From a virus: a DNA stretch of 52,981 nt. The first letter of the stretch is position 1, and each line of letters starts with the position of its first letter. Below are positions 33,432 to 43,951 of the stretch, one piece after another. The notes under the pieces are model-generated. The model did not search any database, was not told the origin of the DNA, and saw nothing but the letters and a program-made list of their open reading frames with translations. A program made the translations under genes and the position numbers. The DNA lies in UHGV virus genome UHGV-1367038; one strand, 5' to 3'.

Positions 33432-34919
33432 ATGAAATCAACCAGTAAGCAAAGAACAGAAGCCAGACGAATAGAATGTATAGAAAGCGGTGAGTATTTT
33501 TGCCGCTACTTCTATAAACAGCGCACTGGCGCAAAGATGATAATTAGCGCACATCATAGAGTTATCCTTGAAACACTACAAAAAGTCATTAATGGCGAAA
33601 TAACCCGTTTAGTCATTAACATTCCTCCAGGGTATTCCAAAACAGAGATCGCGACAATTAATTTCATGTGTCGCGGCCTCGCCATCAATAACCGCTCCCG
33701 CTTCCTTCATTTATCCTACTCAAATAACCTTGCATTACTTAATTCATCAACAGCCAGAACAACTATCAAATCCAGATCCTTCCAGGATATGTGGAGGATG
33801 GATATAAGGGCCGATGCTGACAGTAAATCTATGTGGTGGAATCAGTACGGCGGCGGCGTGTATGCGACGTCAACGCTTGCGCAGGTCACGGGATTTCGAG
33901 CGGGCCATATGGAGGACGGATTTAACGGCGCGATGATTATCGACGACCCGTTAAAACCCGCTGACGCTTACTCTGATGTAGTTAGAACGCAGGTTAACAC
34001 CAACTACAACGATACTCTGGCTTCACGTCTGGCAGTGCAAACAACGCCAGTGATCGTTATCATGCAGCGTATCCACTACGATGATTTGTCCGGATACCTG
34101 TTACGCGGTGGGAGCGGTGAGAAATGGTATCACCTCAACCTGCCAGTGAAGATCGACAATAGCATTGACTATTGGGATCTGTACCCGGAAAATGAATTCG
34201 CTATTCCTATTGCTCACAACCTTCCTGACGGATGGCTATGGCCTAAAAAGCACAATGACAGCCACGAAGCCGGACTAAAGGCACACCGCAGGTCATTCGA
34301 AGCCCAATATATGCAGCGCCCGCGTAAATTCGACGAAGAAGGCGCATTGTGGACGGAAGCGATGATTACCGCTGCGCACCGGATGCAGATAACGCAGGAC
34401 AAGATCCGCACGGTGATAGCCATCGACCCGGCGACAACATCATCTGATGAGTCGGACGAAACCGGGATCGTGGCATGTTCAGCCTATGGTGGTGGCAAGT
34501 ACGCACAGTATTCAGTGGACGGTGACTACTCAGGCCGCATGTCTCCTAACGATTGGGCGCAAGCATCAATGAACGCTTATAACATCCATGAGGCTGATGC
34601 GATAGTTATCGAAACCAACCAGGGCGGCGAAATGGCAGAGGCCACGTTGCGTAATGCCGGATTTAAAGGCCGCATTGTTAAGGTGCACGCAAGCAAAGGT
34701 AAATTCGCCCGCGCCGAGCCAATATCGGCACTGTATGCACAAGGAAGGGTGGCCCACACAGGCAGCCTGTACACGCTGGAAAATCAAATGATGGAATACG
34801 TGCCAGCCACCGCCAAAAAATCACCTGACCGACTCGACGCAATGGTATGGGGTATCACTGAACTAAGCCAGCCTCAGGCAATGGGCCTGATGTTACCGAA
34901 GCGCCTGCGCGGATTTTAA
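33432..34919 (+). CDS. Terminase large subunit
   Basis: 495 aa; ATPase-like N-terminus; C-terminal nuclease-like VIAIDPATTSSDESDETGIVACS. Confidence 0.7.
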   Translation: MKSTSKQRTEARRIECIESGEYFCRYFYKQRTGAKMIISAHHRVILETLQKVINGEITRLVINIPPGYSKTEIATINFMCRGLAINNRSRFLHLSYSNNLALLNSSTARTTIKSRSFQDMWRMDIRADADSKSMWWNQYGGGVYATSTLAQVTGFRAGHMEDGFNGAMIIDDPLKPADAYSDVVRTQVNTNYNDTLASRLAVQTTPVIVIMQRIHYDDLSGYLLRGGSGEKWYHLNLPVKIDNSIDYWDLYPENEFAIPIAHNLPDGWLWPKKHNDSHEAGLKAHRRSFEAQYMQRPRKFDEEGALWTEAMITAAHRMQITQDKIRTVIAIDPATTSSDESDETGIVACSAYGGGKYAQYSVDGDYSGRMSPNDWAQASMNAYNIHEADAIVIETNQGGEMAEATLRNAGFKGRIVKVHASKGKFARAEPISALYAQGRVAHTGSLYTLENQMMEYVPATAKKSPDRLDAMVWGITELSQPQAMGLMLPKRLRGF

Positions 34920-34997
34920 AATCTGCCTCACAATCCCCCACAAATTTTTCTATTTTTCGCGTAGCAACGCGTAAACATGTATTCAGGAGTAAACATT

Positions 34998-36371
34998 ATG
35001 CCATCCAATTTAGAATTGGCGGTTAATGCTGCCTTGTCTCAACGCCAGGCGGCCTTTGCACGCTATGCAGCCGCTAACCCATTCTCGATGGGTATTGATG
35101 CAAAGCGTGACGCTGCGTGGAGTGAATACGGATTCAAAGAAGAAATTACCTATGGCGATCTATACAAACTGTATCGTCGCGGTGGTATCGCTCACGGTGC
35201 TATCGAGAAAATCATCACAACGTGCTGGCGCACCAGGCCAATGCTGATAGAAGGTACGGAAGACGAGAAAGCAGAAACCGAAACGCCGTGGGAAAGGGAA
35301 ATCAAAAAGCAATTTGATAATCGTTTCTGGCGCGTCATAGCTGAATGCGATCGTCGCCGCCTCATTGGTCGTTATGCTGGCCTGTTAATTCATGTCAGAG
35401 ATAACCAGCCGTGGGATCGTCCAGTTACTAAAGGTGTAGGCATTGCCAAGTTTACCCCTGTATGGGCTGGCGCTCTCACACCGAAGGATTTCGAAGAAAA
35501 CCCGGAAAGCGAAAACTATGGTCTGCCTACATGGTGGGAATACAAGGAGCGCATTAACAATAAGACCATAACAAGAAAGATACATCCTGACCGGATATTC
35601 ATCTTCGGTGACTATTCTGATGATGCCATCGCTTTCCTTGAGCCGTCCTATAACGCATTCGTTTCGCTGGAGAAAGTGGAAGGCGGTAGCGGTGAGTCAT
35701 TCCTGAAAAACGCCGCACGTCAACTGGCTATCTCATTCGATAAAGAGATTGATTTCCGTTCCCTGGCTGCAACATACGATTGCGACGTTACAGAGCTACG
35801 CGAGAAATTCAACGAGGCAGCAGCAGAAATGAACAGGGGTAATGATGTGATGATGGCGTTACAGGGAGCTAACGTTAGCCCGCTGGTAACTGCCGTGGCA
35901 GATCCGTCCGCTACCTATGACGTCAACCTGCAAACTGCCGCCGCTGGTATCGACATCCCGACGCGCATCCTTGTAGGAAATCAGCAGGGTGAACGCGCGT
36001 CAACAGAAGACCTCCGCTACTTCAATAACCGCTGTATGACACGCCGCGAGGAAATCGGTGGCGAGCTTGAAGAACTATTCCGCAAGATGGCAGATCTGCG
36101 CCTTATCAGTACGCCAGTCGATGTATCGGTGCTGTGGGATGATCTGAACGCCATGACGAAATCCGAGCTACTCGACGCGGCACACAAAATGGCGCAAATC
36201 AATCAAGCGTGTCTCGCTACTGGTGAGCAGGTGTTCAGTGGTGACGAGATCCGCGAAGCTGCCGGATATGAGGGGCCAACGCAGGAAGTAGAACTGGAAG
36301 ACGAGGAAAACGATAATGAAGGTGAAGAAAATAATCAGGCGAATACCTCCCGCCGCGATAATGCCATCTAA
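34998..36371 (+). CDS. Putative portal protein
   Basis: Position after terminase; size; acidic C-terminus; GGAG RBS before ATG 34998. Confidence 0.5.
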   Translation: MPSNLELAVNAALSQRQAAFARYAAANPFSMGIDAKRDAAWSEYGFKEEITYGDLYKLYRRGGIAHGAIEKIITTCWRTRPMLIEGTEDEKAETETPWEREIKKQFDNRFWRVIAECDRRRLIGRYAGLLIHVRDNQPWDRPVTKGVGIAKFTPVWAGALTPKDFEENPESENYGLPTWWEYKERINNKTITRKIHPDRIFIFGDYSDDAIAFLEPSYNAFVSLEKVEGGSGESFLKNAARQLAISFDKEIDFRSLAATYDCDVTELREKFNEAAAEMNRGNDVMMALQGANVSPLVTAVADPSATYDVNLQTAAAGIDIPTRILVGNQQGERASTEDLRYFNNRCMTRREEIGGELEELFRKMADLRLISTPVDVSVLWDDLNAMTKSELLDAAHKMAQINQACLATGEQVFSGDEIREAAGYEGPTQEVELEDEENDNEGEENNQANTSRRDNAI

Positions 36372-37257
36372 CACCGAAGATCCGACCATGACAGGGAAGT
36401 TACGGTCTGGAGCTGTTAAGCGTTTCAAATCCTGCCTGAAGAAAGTAGCCGATCCATACATCGCCATACTGGACAGAATCCAATATAGCCTGGCTGTTAA
36501 TAAGAAATACACCTTTCAGATTTACATGGATGAACTGCATGACATGCTGGAGGACGCCAGCGACATGATTGATGAGATATTCGAACTAACCGACCCGGAA
36601 AGTTTTTGGTTTTGGCAGGAATACGTGAAGGTGGCTTATCAGCGCGGCACGGCACAGGAATATGCCAACCTTGCTAACCAGTCGGTCACATACTCAAGCG
36701 CATATCCAGATGTATCTGCCGTGTTATCCAGCACAACTTACCGCACACGCCTTGCTCTGGTCCGTACCCGTGTCTTTGAGGAAATGCGCGGTCTTACCGC
36801 ACAGATCAAAAAGGATATGGCCCGGCGATTAACAGAAGGTATGGCCCGTGGCTTAAATCCGCTGGAAATAGCGCGCACATTGCAGCAGGAAACGCAATTA
36901 CCACTGTACAGGTGCAAACGTATTGCCAGAACTGAAATATGCACAGCGTTACGCACAGCGCGTATGGATGAGGCAGAAGCGGCGACAGAAGAATTTAATC
37001 TGCGCACTATGCAAATGCACATTTCTGCATTATCACCGACAACCAGGCTATCACACGCGCAGCGGCACGGGAAAACATACACCATAGATGAGCAGCGCGA
37101 ATGGTGGAGCAGATCCCCTAATTCAATTAACTGCAAATGCACCACGATTACCGTATTGGTTGATGAAGACGGTAATATATTAAACAAGCGAATACTGGAG
37201 CGGGCGCAAGAAAACTATAAGGTTGCGCACTCTAAATATGGCGAAGATTGGGAGTAA
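36361..37257 (+). CDS. Putative head morphogenesis protein (Mu F / SPP1 gp7-like)
   Basis: Position after portal; size about 300 aa; start uncertain (36361 or 36388). Confidence 0.4.
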   Translation: MPSNTEDPTMTGKLRSGAVKRFKSCLKKVADPYIAILDRIQYSLAVNKKYTFQIYMDELHDMLEDASDMIDEIFELTDPESFWFWQEYVKVAYQRGTAQEYANLANQSVTYSSAYPDVSAVLSSTTYRTRLALVRTRVFEEMRGLTAQIKKDMARRLTEGMARGLNPLEIARTLQQETQLPLYRCKRIARTEICTALRTARMDEAEAATEEFNLRTMQMHISALSPTTRLSHAQRHGKTYTIDEQREWWSRSPNSINCKCTTITVLVDEDGNILNKRILERAQENYKVAHSKYGEDWE

Positions 37258-37262
37258 AAACC

Positions 37263-38531
37263 GTGAGTAAAGAATTAATTCAGGTTAATACCAAATTAAC
37301 CGCTAATACCATACGCCGGGAAACGTATAACGGGCGGGAACATATTGTTGTTCCGTCATATACGTTGCCATTCAATATCGTTATGAATAAAGAGTATTAC
37401 CCTGAAGCTGAAATTATTGCTAATTATCAGTCTCTGGAGGGTACACTTGCCCCGCTGGGCCATCCTACCGTTGACGGTAAATTTGTCTCCGCATTTAGCC
37501 CGGAAGGATTAAACATCGGTTTTTGTGGAGCGTGGAACAGAAATGTTGAGTTACGCGGCAACCGTGTTTATGTGGAAAAATGGGTTGATGTGGAAACCGC
37601 CAGCCATTCAGAGCAGGGCCGCGAATTATTAAGCCGACTGGAGGCACTGGAGAAAGGCGAGAGCAAAGATCCGATCTGGTCGTCCGTCGCTGTATATCGT
37701 CAACGTATGCCAGCCACCGAAGAAATGAAAGCGCAGGGCGCTGACAGCGTTGTTAAAATTATGTCGATCGACCATGACGCTATTTTACTGCATGAGCCGC
37801 CAGCCGCATCACCGGAACAGGGTGTTGGCCTGATGGTTAACACTGACCAGGCTAAACCATTAATGGCGGTGGCAATGAAAGAAAACAGCTACCGCACGCT
37901 TGAGAAACAATTAACCGACGCGGCGAGGGAATTATTCCCTGACGCTGATTATGTATATGTGGTGGACTTTACTGATAAAGAGGTGACAATCGCCACTAAT
38001 ACTGAAAGTGCTCAAGTTTGCACATATGAAAAACAGGCTGATAAAATTATTCTCAATAATGGCGAGCTTGCAACCAACGAGGAAAGTAAATCCTGGTTTA
38101 GTCAGTTCGCTGAACACCTTTCTAATCTTTTCTCCCTGAATGAAAAAATTAAGGCCAATAAATCGGAGGACGATCCCATGCCTTTGACCAAAGAAGAACG
38201 CGCCGAACTGGTAAAAGAAATTAACGAAGGCTTATCCGCCAATATCGCTAATGCAGTAGCAGAAGCATTAAAACCAGTACAGGCAAGCGTGGAAGAATTA
38301 CAGACCAACCAGAAAGCAATTAAAGAAGAAATTGCAGCAAACGCAAATAAAGAAGAAACAGAAAAACGCGCCGCAGTAGCAAAAGTACACGGCGAAATTG
38401 TTGCTAACGCATTAAGCGGTGAAGCGCTCGATGCAATGTTTAAATCCCTGGGCAAAGCAGCGCCGATGGCTACCAACGCAGCAAGCGAAGGTAAAAAAGG
38501 CGAAGTCCCGGACTTTAACACCTATTTCTGA
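37263..38531 (+). CDS. Putative scaffold protein, possibly prohead protease/scaffold fusion
   Basis: C-terminal Ala/Glu/Lys-rich coiled coil; GTG start with GGGAG RBS; precedes capsid gene. Confidence 0.4.
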   Translation: MSKELIQVNTKLTANTIRRETYNGREHIVVPSYTLPFNIVMNKEYYPEAEIIANYQSLEGTLAPLGHPTVDGKFVSAFSPEGLNIGFCGAWNRNVELRGNRVYVEKWVDVETASHSEQGRELLSRLEALEKGESKDPIWSSVAVYRQRMPATEEMKAQGADSVVKIMSIDHDAILLHEPPAASPEQGVGLMVNTDQAKPLMAVAMKENSYRTLEKQLTDAARELFPDADYVYVVDFTDKEVTIATNTESAQVCTYEKQADKIILNNGELATNEESKSWFSQFAEHLSNLFSLNEKIKANKSEDDPMPLTKEERAELVKEINEGLSANIANAVAEALKPVQASVEELQTNQKAIKEEIAANANKEETEKRAAVAKVHGEIVANALSGEALDAMFKSLGKAAPMATNAASEGKKGEVPDFNTYF

Positions 38532-38547
38532 TTAAAAGGGGATCACA

Positions 38548-38919
38548 ATGTTTCGTTTTCGTCGTGTAAATATTGATGGTAAATCCATTACCGAAACCCG
38601 CCTCGCTGGTGCTGAATTAAATCCAGGTGAACTGGTAAAACTGGAAGACGGTAAATTCGTCAAAGCTGAAACCGCAGAAGGCCGCCTGTATATCGTTAAC
38701 CCTGCATTCCATGAAGGCAAAACCATTGCTGATGCGATCGCAGCAGGTGAAACAGTCGTAGCTGACTACGTGGAAGAAGGGCGCGAATTCGCAATGCGAG
38801 TGGAAGCGTCAACCTACAAAAAAGACCAGGCCATCAAACTTGGTGAAGTAACAGTTGCATACTGCCAGGAAGATGTAACCCTGGAAGATGTAGACTTTAT
38901 CCGCGTTCGCGTCGCTTAA
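38548..38919 (+). CDS. Small capsid-associated (decoration-like) protein
   Basis: GGGGA RBS; 123 aa; position between scaffold and major capsid. Confidence 0.3.
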   Translation: MFRFRRVNIDGKSITETRLAGAELNPGELVKLEDGKFVKAETAEGRLYIVNPAFHEGKTIADAIAAGETVVADYVEEGREFAMRVEASTYKKDQAIKLGEVTVAYCQEDVTLEDVDFIRVRVA

Positions 38920-38936
38920 TTTAAAAGGGGAACAGT

Positions 38937-39986
38937 ATGTACTTTACAAAACAAAATTTAGCCACTAACAGCCGGATGCAAGCACATTGGGCTGAACTGT
39001 GGGCGCAACGCAACATCTTCAACAATCAGCATGACGCCATGATTGCGGCTAACAAGGCAAACATGACCGCTGAAATGTTGGCCTGTAACGCAGTTGGCGG
39101 CTTCGCAAAAGAATTCTGGAAAGAAATTGATAACCAGATCATCGAACTGAACACCGAAGAAATCGGTATCGAAATCGTAAACGACCTGATGGGTGTACAA
39201 ACCGTATTACCAATCGGTAAAACACTGAAAATGTACAACGTATCCGGCGATATCAACGATGAAGTCGTAATGTCTATGGATGGTCAAGCGCCACACGGCT
39301 TTGATCACACCGAATACGGTAGCGATGGCGACCCGATCCCGATGTTCGCCGCTGGTTATGGTGTTAACTGGCGTTTAGCTCAGGGCCTGAATACTGTAGG
39401 TATTGACCTTGCTCTGGATAGCCAGCGCCTGAAACTGAAAAAATTCAATAAGGCCCGTGTTAAATTCTACCTCAGCGGTAACGAAAATATCGTGGTAGAC
39501 GGTCATAAAGCTATGGGTATTAAAAACCATAAAAACACTCAGCAGCTTACCCTGACCACTGACCTGACCACAGCAGATTTCGAGGCGATTATCGACTTCT
39601 TCACCATTGGTGAATTCGGCGTATTGGCCCGCAATAACTTCGTTGCAAAATACGATGTTATGTGGGTATCTCCTGAAATCATGGCTAACCTGGCACGTCC
39701 GCACATCGTTAACGGTGCTGTGGTTGGTAGCGTACTGCAAACGGTTATGCCGTTCGCCCCGGTCGGCGAAATCCGTCAGACCTTCGCACTGAAGGGCAAT
39801 GAAATTATTGCTTATCAGCGCCGTCGTGATGTGATTTCTCCGCTGATTGGTATGACTACTGGTGTAGTACCTCTGCCGCGCTTCATGCCGACTGACAACT
39901 ACAACTTCCGTATCATGTCAGCAGAAGGTTTACAGATCACCTGCGACATGTTAGGCCGTTCCGGTGTCGTTTACGGTCACGCATAA
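38937..39986 (+). CDS. Major capsid protein
   Basis: 349 aa; GGGGA RBS; strong terminator directly downstream; position in head module. Confidence 0.6.
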   Translation: MYFTKQNLATNSRMQAHWAELWAQRNIFNNQHDAMIAANKANMTAEMLACNAVGGFAKEFWKEIDNQIIELNTEEIGIEIVNDLMGVQTVLPIGKTLKMYNVSGDINDEVVMSMDGQAPHGFDHTEYGSDGDPIPMFAAGYGVNWRLAQGLNTVGIDLALDSQRLKLKKFNKARVKFYLSGNENIVVDGHKAMGIKNHKNTQQLTLTTDLTTADFEAIIDFFTIGEFGVLARNNFVAKYDVMWVSPEIMANLARPHIVNGAVVGSVLQTVMPFAPVGEIRQTFALKGNEIIAYQRRRDVISPLIGMTTGVVPLPRFMPTDNYNFRIMSAEGLQITCDMLGRSGVVYGHA

Positions 39987-40006
39987 TCTGACGTTTTCCT
40001 GTAACT

Positions 40007-40034
40007 CCCCGGCGCGATGCCGGGGATTTTTTTT
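40007..40034 (+). terminator. Strong rho-independent terminator after major capsid gene
   Basis: CCCCGGC-gcgat-GCCGGGG then ATTTTTTTT. Confidence 0.8.
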
Positions 40035-40051
40035 GTATGTGGAGAAAGCAA

Positions 40052-40438
40052 ATGGTCACTACAGAACAGGCGCGGGAATATCTTGAAAGCCAGGGTATTG
40101 ACCTGCCAGACATTATCTTATCTTTGCTGGTGGAGCAGGCAAACAGCGTTAATGAATGCCTTGATGCCAATTATCCGGCCTCCACTGCAACATTAATTCA
40201 GCTTTATCTCATTGGCCTGTTAGGGCTAACTCAGGCTGATAAATACATTTCCTCACAGACAGGTCCGAACGGTGCTAGCCAGTCCTACCGCTACGTCGAT
40301 TTCAATAAAAGATGGAAGGCAGCTTGCTCGTTGCTTCGCTCGATTGACAAGCATAATTGCACAGCCGAACTGATTCCGGCAGATCCTGAAGCCACCGCGC
40401 ACGCCGGACTATGGATCGGCAAAAGCGGGAGGATGTAA
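40052..40438 (+). CDS. Putative head-tail connector/adaptor protein
   Basis: GGAGA RBS; position after capsid. Confidence 0.35.
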   Translation: MVTTEQAREYLESQGIDLPDIILSLLVEQANSVNECLDANYPASTATLIQLYLIGLLGLTQADKYISSQTGPNGASQSYRYVDFNKRWKAACSLLRSIDKHNCTAELIPADPEATAHAGLWIGKSGRM

Positions 40439-40440
40439 CC

Positions 40441-40626
40441 ATGTGGAACGACATTACATTACCAAAACCACTAATGCCGAAGCCGTTTACCCGCGTGTGG
40501 GTGAAGACTGACACCGGGCGACAGGTGGCGGCATATCTCAATGATGCTGGTGAATGGGTAATTCTTTGCCCGCGCGTGGCGAAAACTCATCCGAAAATTG
40601 TTAAATGGAGTCATGGCTATGAGTAA
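40441..40626 (+). CDS. Hypothetical small structural protein
   Basis: GGGAGG RBS; 61 aa. Confidence 0.4.
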   Translation: MWNDITLPKPLMPKPFTRVWVKTDTGRQVAAYLNDAGEWVILCPRVAKTHPKIVKWSHGYE

Positions 40627-40987
40627 GATCGCGCGATTCAGTTACAAGGCATTAGCCACCATTTACCCCGTAACGCATGACGACTGGACAAACGCCGACG
40701 TATACGGCGATCCATACCTGATTAACTGCGCATGGGAGCGCACCGACGGCACTGCTACAGACACAAACGGCAATGAGGTTAGCAATACGATAACCGTATT
40801 TACCGAACTGCTTCACAACATGCAGCCAGTGCAGCGCCCGGAAAGGGGCTGGATGGTTGCTACTGGCGACACTACTGATATTCCAGACCCACTGGCGGCT
40901 GGGGCCAACGTTATAACCGGAATCGTTGAATGGGATATGAGCATGTTCAACGACACGCCGGATTATAAGATCGTTACAGGGGGTTAA
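40619..40987 (+). CDS. Putative head-tail joining protein
   Basis: GGAG RBS; 122 aa. Confidence 0.35.
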   Translation: MSKIARFSYKALATIYPVTHDDWTNADVYGDPYLINCAWERTDGTATDTNGNEVSNTITVFTELLHNMQPVQRPERGWMVATGDTTDIPDPLAAGANVITGIVEWDMSMFNDTPDYKIVTGG

Positions 40988-40989
40988 TT

Positions 40990-41454
40990 ATGCCGATTAA
41001 AGGCGTTAAGCGCGTAAGGGAGCGATTGAAACAGGAATTAAAGGAAATAGCCGACAAGAAGACGCATGAGGTTTTATGGCGCGTAGGTATGCTGGCTGGT
41101 GGCTTTGCTGCGAATATGACGCCAGTCGATACGGGTTTTTTAATTAACAGCCAGTTTCAGTATATAGGGAACACGGCTGACGGTATGCAATTACGCCTTG
41201 GATATACGGCCCGCTATGCTGAATGGGTGCACAATATGCCAGGTAAATTAAAAGGACAGCCGCGCGAACATTTCGGGAAAACAAATAACCTTTCAGATTT
41301 CGGGCCGAAACAGGTAATTGAGTTTGGCGGCGGTACTGGTAAGGGTAATTATTGGGACCCAAACGGTGAGCCGGAATTCTTGCTCAATGCGTTCGAAGAT
41401 CCAAACAACGCTGATGATATTTACAAAGAAATTGTAGAAGGTTACAAGGTATGA
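40990..41454 (+). CDS. Putative head-tail joining / tail completion protein
   Basis: 154 aa, coupled. Confidence 0.35.
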   Translation: MPIKGVKRVRERLKQELKEIADKKTHEVLWRVGMLAGGFAANMTPVDTGFLINSQFQYIGNTADGMQLRLGYTARYAEWVHNMPGKLKGQPREHFGKTNNLSDFGPKQVIEFGGGTGKGNYWDPNGEPEFLLNAFEDPNNADDIYKEIVEGYKV

Positions 41455-41837
41455 AACGCAGCGAAGTATACGACGAAATAAGGGATTGGATTAAATCCCA
41501 CGGATACGATGAAGGCTATATTTTGCAGGCCCGTTTCTGGAATGAGCGAAGCAATTCGAATAACGACAGATACATCGTGATCCAGCAAAACGGCGGCGCG
41601 GCTGGAGAAGAAGCAATTACCCGTGACTATTTCCGCATTCTGGTTATTTCAGCGCGTAATGATGCAAATATCAGTGAAGTGGAAGACCTTGCCGACGCCA
41701 TCCGTCAAAGTATGTTAACAGAATATAAAACTGATAAAATTACACACATGAAGCCAGTTGGCGCTATTCCTGCGATGCAAACGAGAGAAGGGCGCTTTAT
41801 TTTTACCGTAGCTTTTCAAACCATCATATCTAGATAA
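41451..41837 (+). CDS. Putative tail completion protein
   Basis: 128 aa, coupled. Confidence 0.35.
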   Translation: MKRSEVYDEIRDWIKSHGYDEGYILQARFWNERSNSNNDRYIVIQQNGGAAGEEAITRDYFRILVISARNDANISEVEDLADAIRQSMLTEYKTDKITHMKPVGAIPAMQTREGRFIFTVAFQTIISR

Positions 41838-41850
41838 GAGGTAATTAAAC

Positions 41851-42327
41851 ATGTCTCAGACTTGCGAAAAAGGCGCATTTTTGGGCCGCGACGTGGCTGT
41901 ATTCTTCGCTATCGCTTGTCCTAACGCGAAGCCAGAAGATGGAGAATACAATGCGTTAGGCATGATGCGCGGCAAAACGCTTTCCGTTGAATGGGAAACG
42001 GCAGACGCCACCGCTGATAAATCAGCAAACTACACTAAGGAATCAATGGTAACTTACAAATCCGTTTCTTTCTCCGGCGACGGCGTATCCCGTACTGAAG
42101 AAATCCACAACCAGAAGACGTTGAAACGTCATACCATTAACCCTGGTGAAACTACTGGTAATCAACCTTATGTATGGTTGAAAATCGTTTCTCCTGTAGA
42201 TGTGACCGAGGGGCCGTTCCTTTGCACCTCCTTTAAAGAAGAAGATCCACACGATGATGTTTCCACCTGGTCAATCGAGTGTGAAAGCGCTGGACAGGTA
42301 AGTGTGGAAGATATTCCAGAAGCATAA
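41851..42327 (+). CDS. Major tail (tube) protein
   Basis: 158 aa; followed by terminator; position before chaperone and tape measure. Confidence 0.5.
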   Translation: MSQTCEKGAFLGRDVAVFFAIACPNAKPEDGEYNALGMMRGKTLSVEWETADATADKSANYTKESMVTYKSVSFSGDGVSRTEEIHNQKTLKRHTINPGETTGNQPYVWLKIVSPVDVTEGPFLCTSFKEEDPHDDVSTWSIECESAGQVSVEDIPEA

Positions 42328-42345
42328 CAAATAACATTAACAATC

Positions 42346-42369
42346 GGGGCCATCTGGCCCCTTTCTTTT
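42346..42369 (+). terminator. Rho-independent terminator after major tail gene
   Basis: GGGGCC-atct-GGCCCC then TTTCTTTT. Confidence 0.7.
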
Positions 42370-42381
42370 AGGGTGACAGTT

Positions 42382-43059
42382 ATGATCCATGTTCGAACAG
42401 GACAATTTGCAGCCGTGGTAGACGGCAGGCGGTACGTATTTAATCCCTGCTTCGCCGCGATGGCTAAGATCGGCAGTGACACCGAACTGGTGGAATACTT
42501 CGCAATCATCCACGGTGGCAAATATCCATCACGATTACCAGCAGATCCAGACTTACGCAATCGCATTCTGGCGCGCTGTTATGGTGAGATAGTGCAAACG
42601 TCCATGCACATCCTGAAATGTTGCGCAGAAGACGAAACAGGGCCATTGCTGGGCGAATGCAGATTCACTTCCTCCGGCAAGTTGAGACTAAAACCCGGAT
42701 TGATGCCAACAGAGGATGTAATCACGCTGGCACAGCATTGCATGTACCACGGTTTAATCGGTGACGGGCCGGAAGAATACGACGGTGAGATCCGGGAAGG
42801 TGAATATAAGCCGACATTTGATGTTCTTGAATTCGTTTACTCTGCCGTTGCTCACCTTGGATTGTCAGAATCAGAAGCGTGGAACATGACAATGACCGGA
42901 TACAGGGCCGCTGTACGTGCTAAAACGCCTCCAGACGAAAGAAACGAAAGAAGTAAGCCAAACGTTCACATAAATAAACGTGCTTATGACGAGCAAATGG
43001 AGGCCGCTAAAAAGGCGCTGGAAAGAATGAAAAATCGCAAGCAAGAAAAAGCCCGGTAG
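42382..43059 (+). CDS. Putative tail assembly chaperone
   Basis: AGGGTGA RBS; position between major tail and tape measure. Confidence 0.45.
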   Translation: MIHVRTGQFAAVVDGRRYVFNPCFAAMAKIGSDTELVEYFAIIHGGKYPSRLPADPDLRNRILARCYGEIVQTSMHILKCCAEDETGPLLGECRFTSSGKLRLKPGLMPTEDVITLAQHCMYHGLIGDGPEEYDGEIREGEYKPTFDVLEFVYSAVAHLGLSESEAWNMTMTGYRAAVRAKTPPDERNERSKPNVHINKRAYDEQMEAAKKALERMKNRKQEKAR

Positions 43060-43082
43060 ATCCGGGCGTTCTCTTTTATTTG
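43045..43082. terminator. Bidirectional terminator between the plus-strand chaperone gene and minus-strand moron cassette 1
   Basis: CCCGG-tagat-CCGGG flanked by A-run upstream and T-run downstream. Confidence 0.55.
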
Positions 43083-43378
43083 TATGCTGAAAACCTGCAT
43101 CTTGCTTCTTCTAAATCGCTTACTGTATACACGTTCTCAAAAACATACGTCGCAACCTGTACTTTTTGCACGTCCGTAGCGTTAGGGAATTCCATGCTGG
43201 CGAACGTTAAAGCGTCGACGTAGTGTTTAAACATTTTCTTGTTTACGCATAGCGCGTAAATCAATACAGCAGGCCAAAAAATCAGAGCGCCAATAAAAGC
43301 CATAAGCATGTTTAAGTGTTTTTTACCAGCTACGACCATAGTCACAACGAATCCAATGAAGCCAATTATTAGTTCCAT
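43076..43378 (-). CDS. Moron 1d: membrane protein
   Basis: AAGGAGG RBS; MELIIGFIGFVVTMVVAGKK; two TM segments. Confidence 0.5.
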   Translation of the reverse strand: MELIIGFIGFVVTMVVAGKKHLNMLMAFIGALIFWPAVLIYALCVNKKMFKHYVDALTFASMEFPNATDVQKVQVATYVFENVYTVSDLEEARCRFSAYK

Positions 43379-43389
43379 GATGCGCCTCC

Positions 43390-43497
43390 TTATTTGCATT
43401 CGCCTTTTATTGTCAGTGCCAGCACGAATACAGCCATTACATTAAAAGCTACCCATGCTGACATATACACGTCTATGATGCTTTTGATAATATCCAT
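43390..43497 (-). CDS. Moron 1c: small membrane peptide (35 aa)
   Basis: GGGGG RBS; MDIIKSIIDVYMSAWVAFNVMAVFVLALTIKGECK. Confidence 0.4.
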   Translation of the reverse strand: MDIIKSIIDVYMSAWVAFNVMAVFVLALTIKGECK

Positions 43498-43498
43498 G

Positions 43499-43849
43499 TT
43501 ACGCCCCCGCCTCAATTCTGTTATGAATTGCGAATCCTTTAACTTCGCCGTCATGAATCACTTTTAATTGTTCAGGATCTTTTAATCCTTCAACTATTTC
43601 TTTGTATTTTTCGTGTAGTCTATATTCTTCAACAATTTTTTTATCAAGAAATGGCACTACTGCTTTATATTCACATGCTGCGTTATATACGATCTCAACA
43701 TAACCCATGCTGTCACCATACTTGATGTCGTACAATTCAGCGGCAACCGCGCATTCATGTTTTGCTTTATCAACTTTGTTTTCTGCGTTAGCACCAAATG
43801 CAAATGCTGCAATCATCGCCGCCATCACTGCTTTTGCTAACCGTTTCAT
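43499..43849 (-). CDS. Moron 1b: secreted/periplasmic protein
   Basis: GAGGTGG RBS; Sec signal peptide MKRLAKAVMAAMIAAFAFGANA. Confidence 0.6.
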   Translation of the reverse strand: MKRLAKAVMAAMIAAFAFGANAENKVDKAKHECAVAAELYDIKYGDSMGYVEIVYNAACEYKAVVPFLDKKIVEEYRLHEKYKEIVEGLKDPEQLKVIHDGEVKGFAIHNRIEAGA

Positions 43850-43861
43850 AAACCACCTCGC

Positions 43862-43951
43862 TTAATTTTTGTTTTTAAGTGCTTTTAACATTTCTTCGAT
43901 GAAATCAGCATAGCGTTCATATTCGTTGGGGCGGTAGTTTACGTTTTTCAT
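43862..43951 (-). CDS. Moron 1a: small hydrophilic peptide (29 aa)
   Basis: AGAGGA RBS; MKNVNYRPNEYERYADFIEEMLKALKNKN. Confidence 0.35.
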   Translation of the reverse strand: MKNVNYRPNEYERYADFIEEMLKALKNKN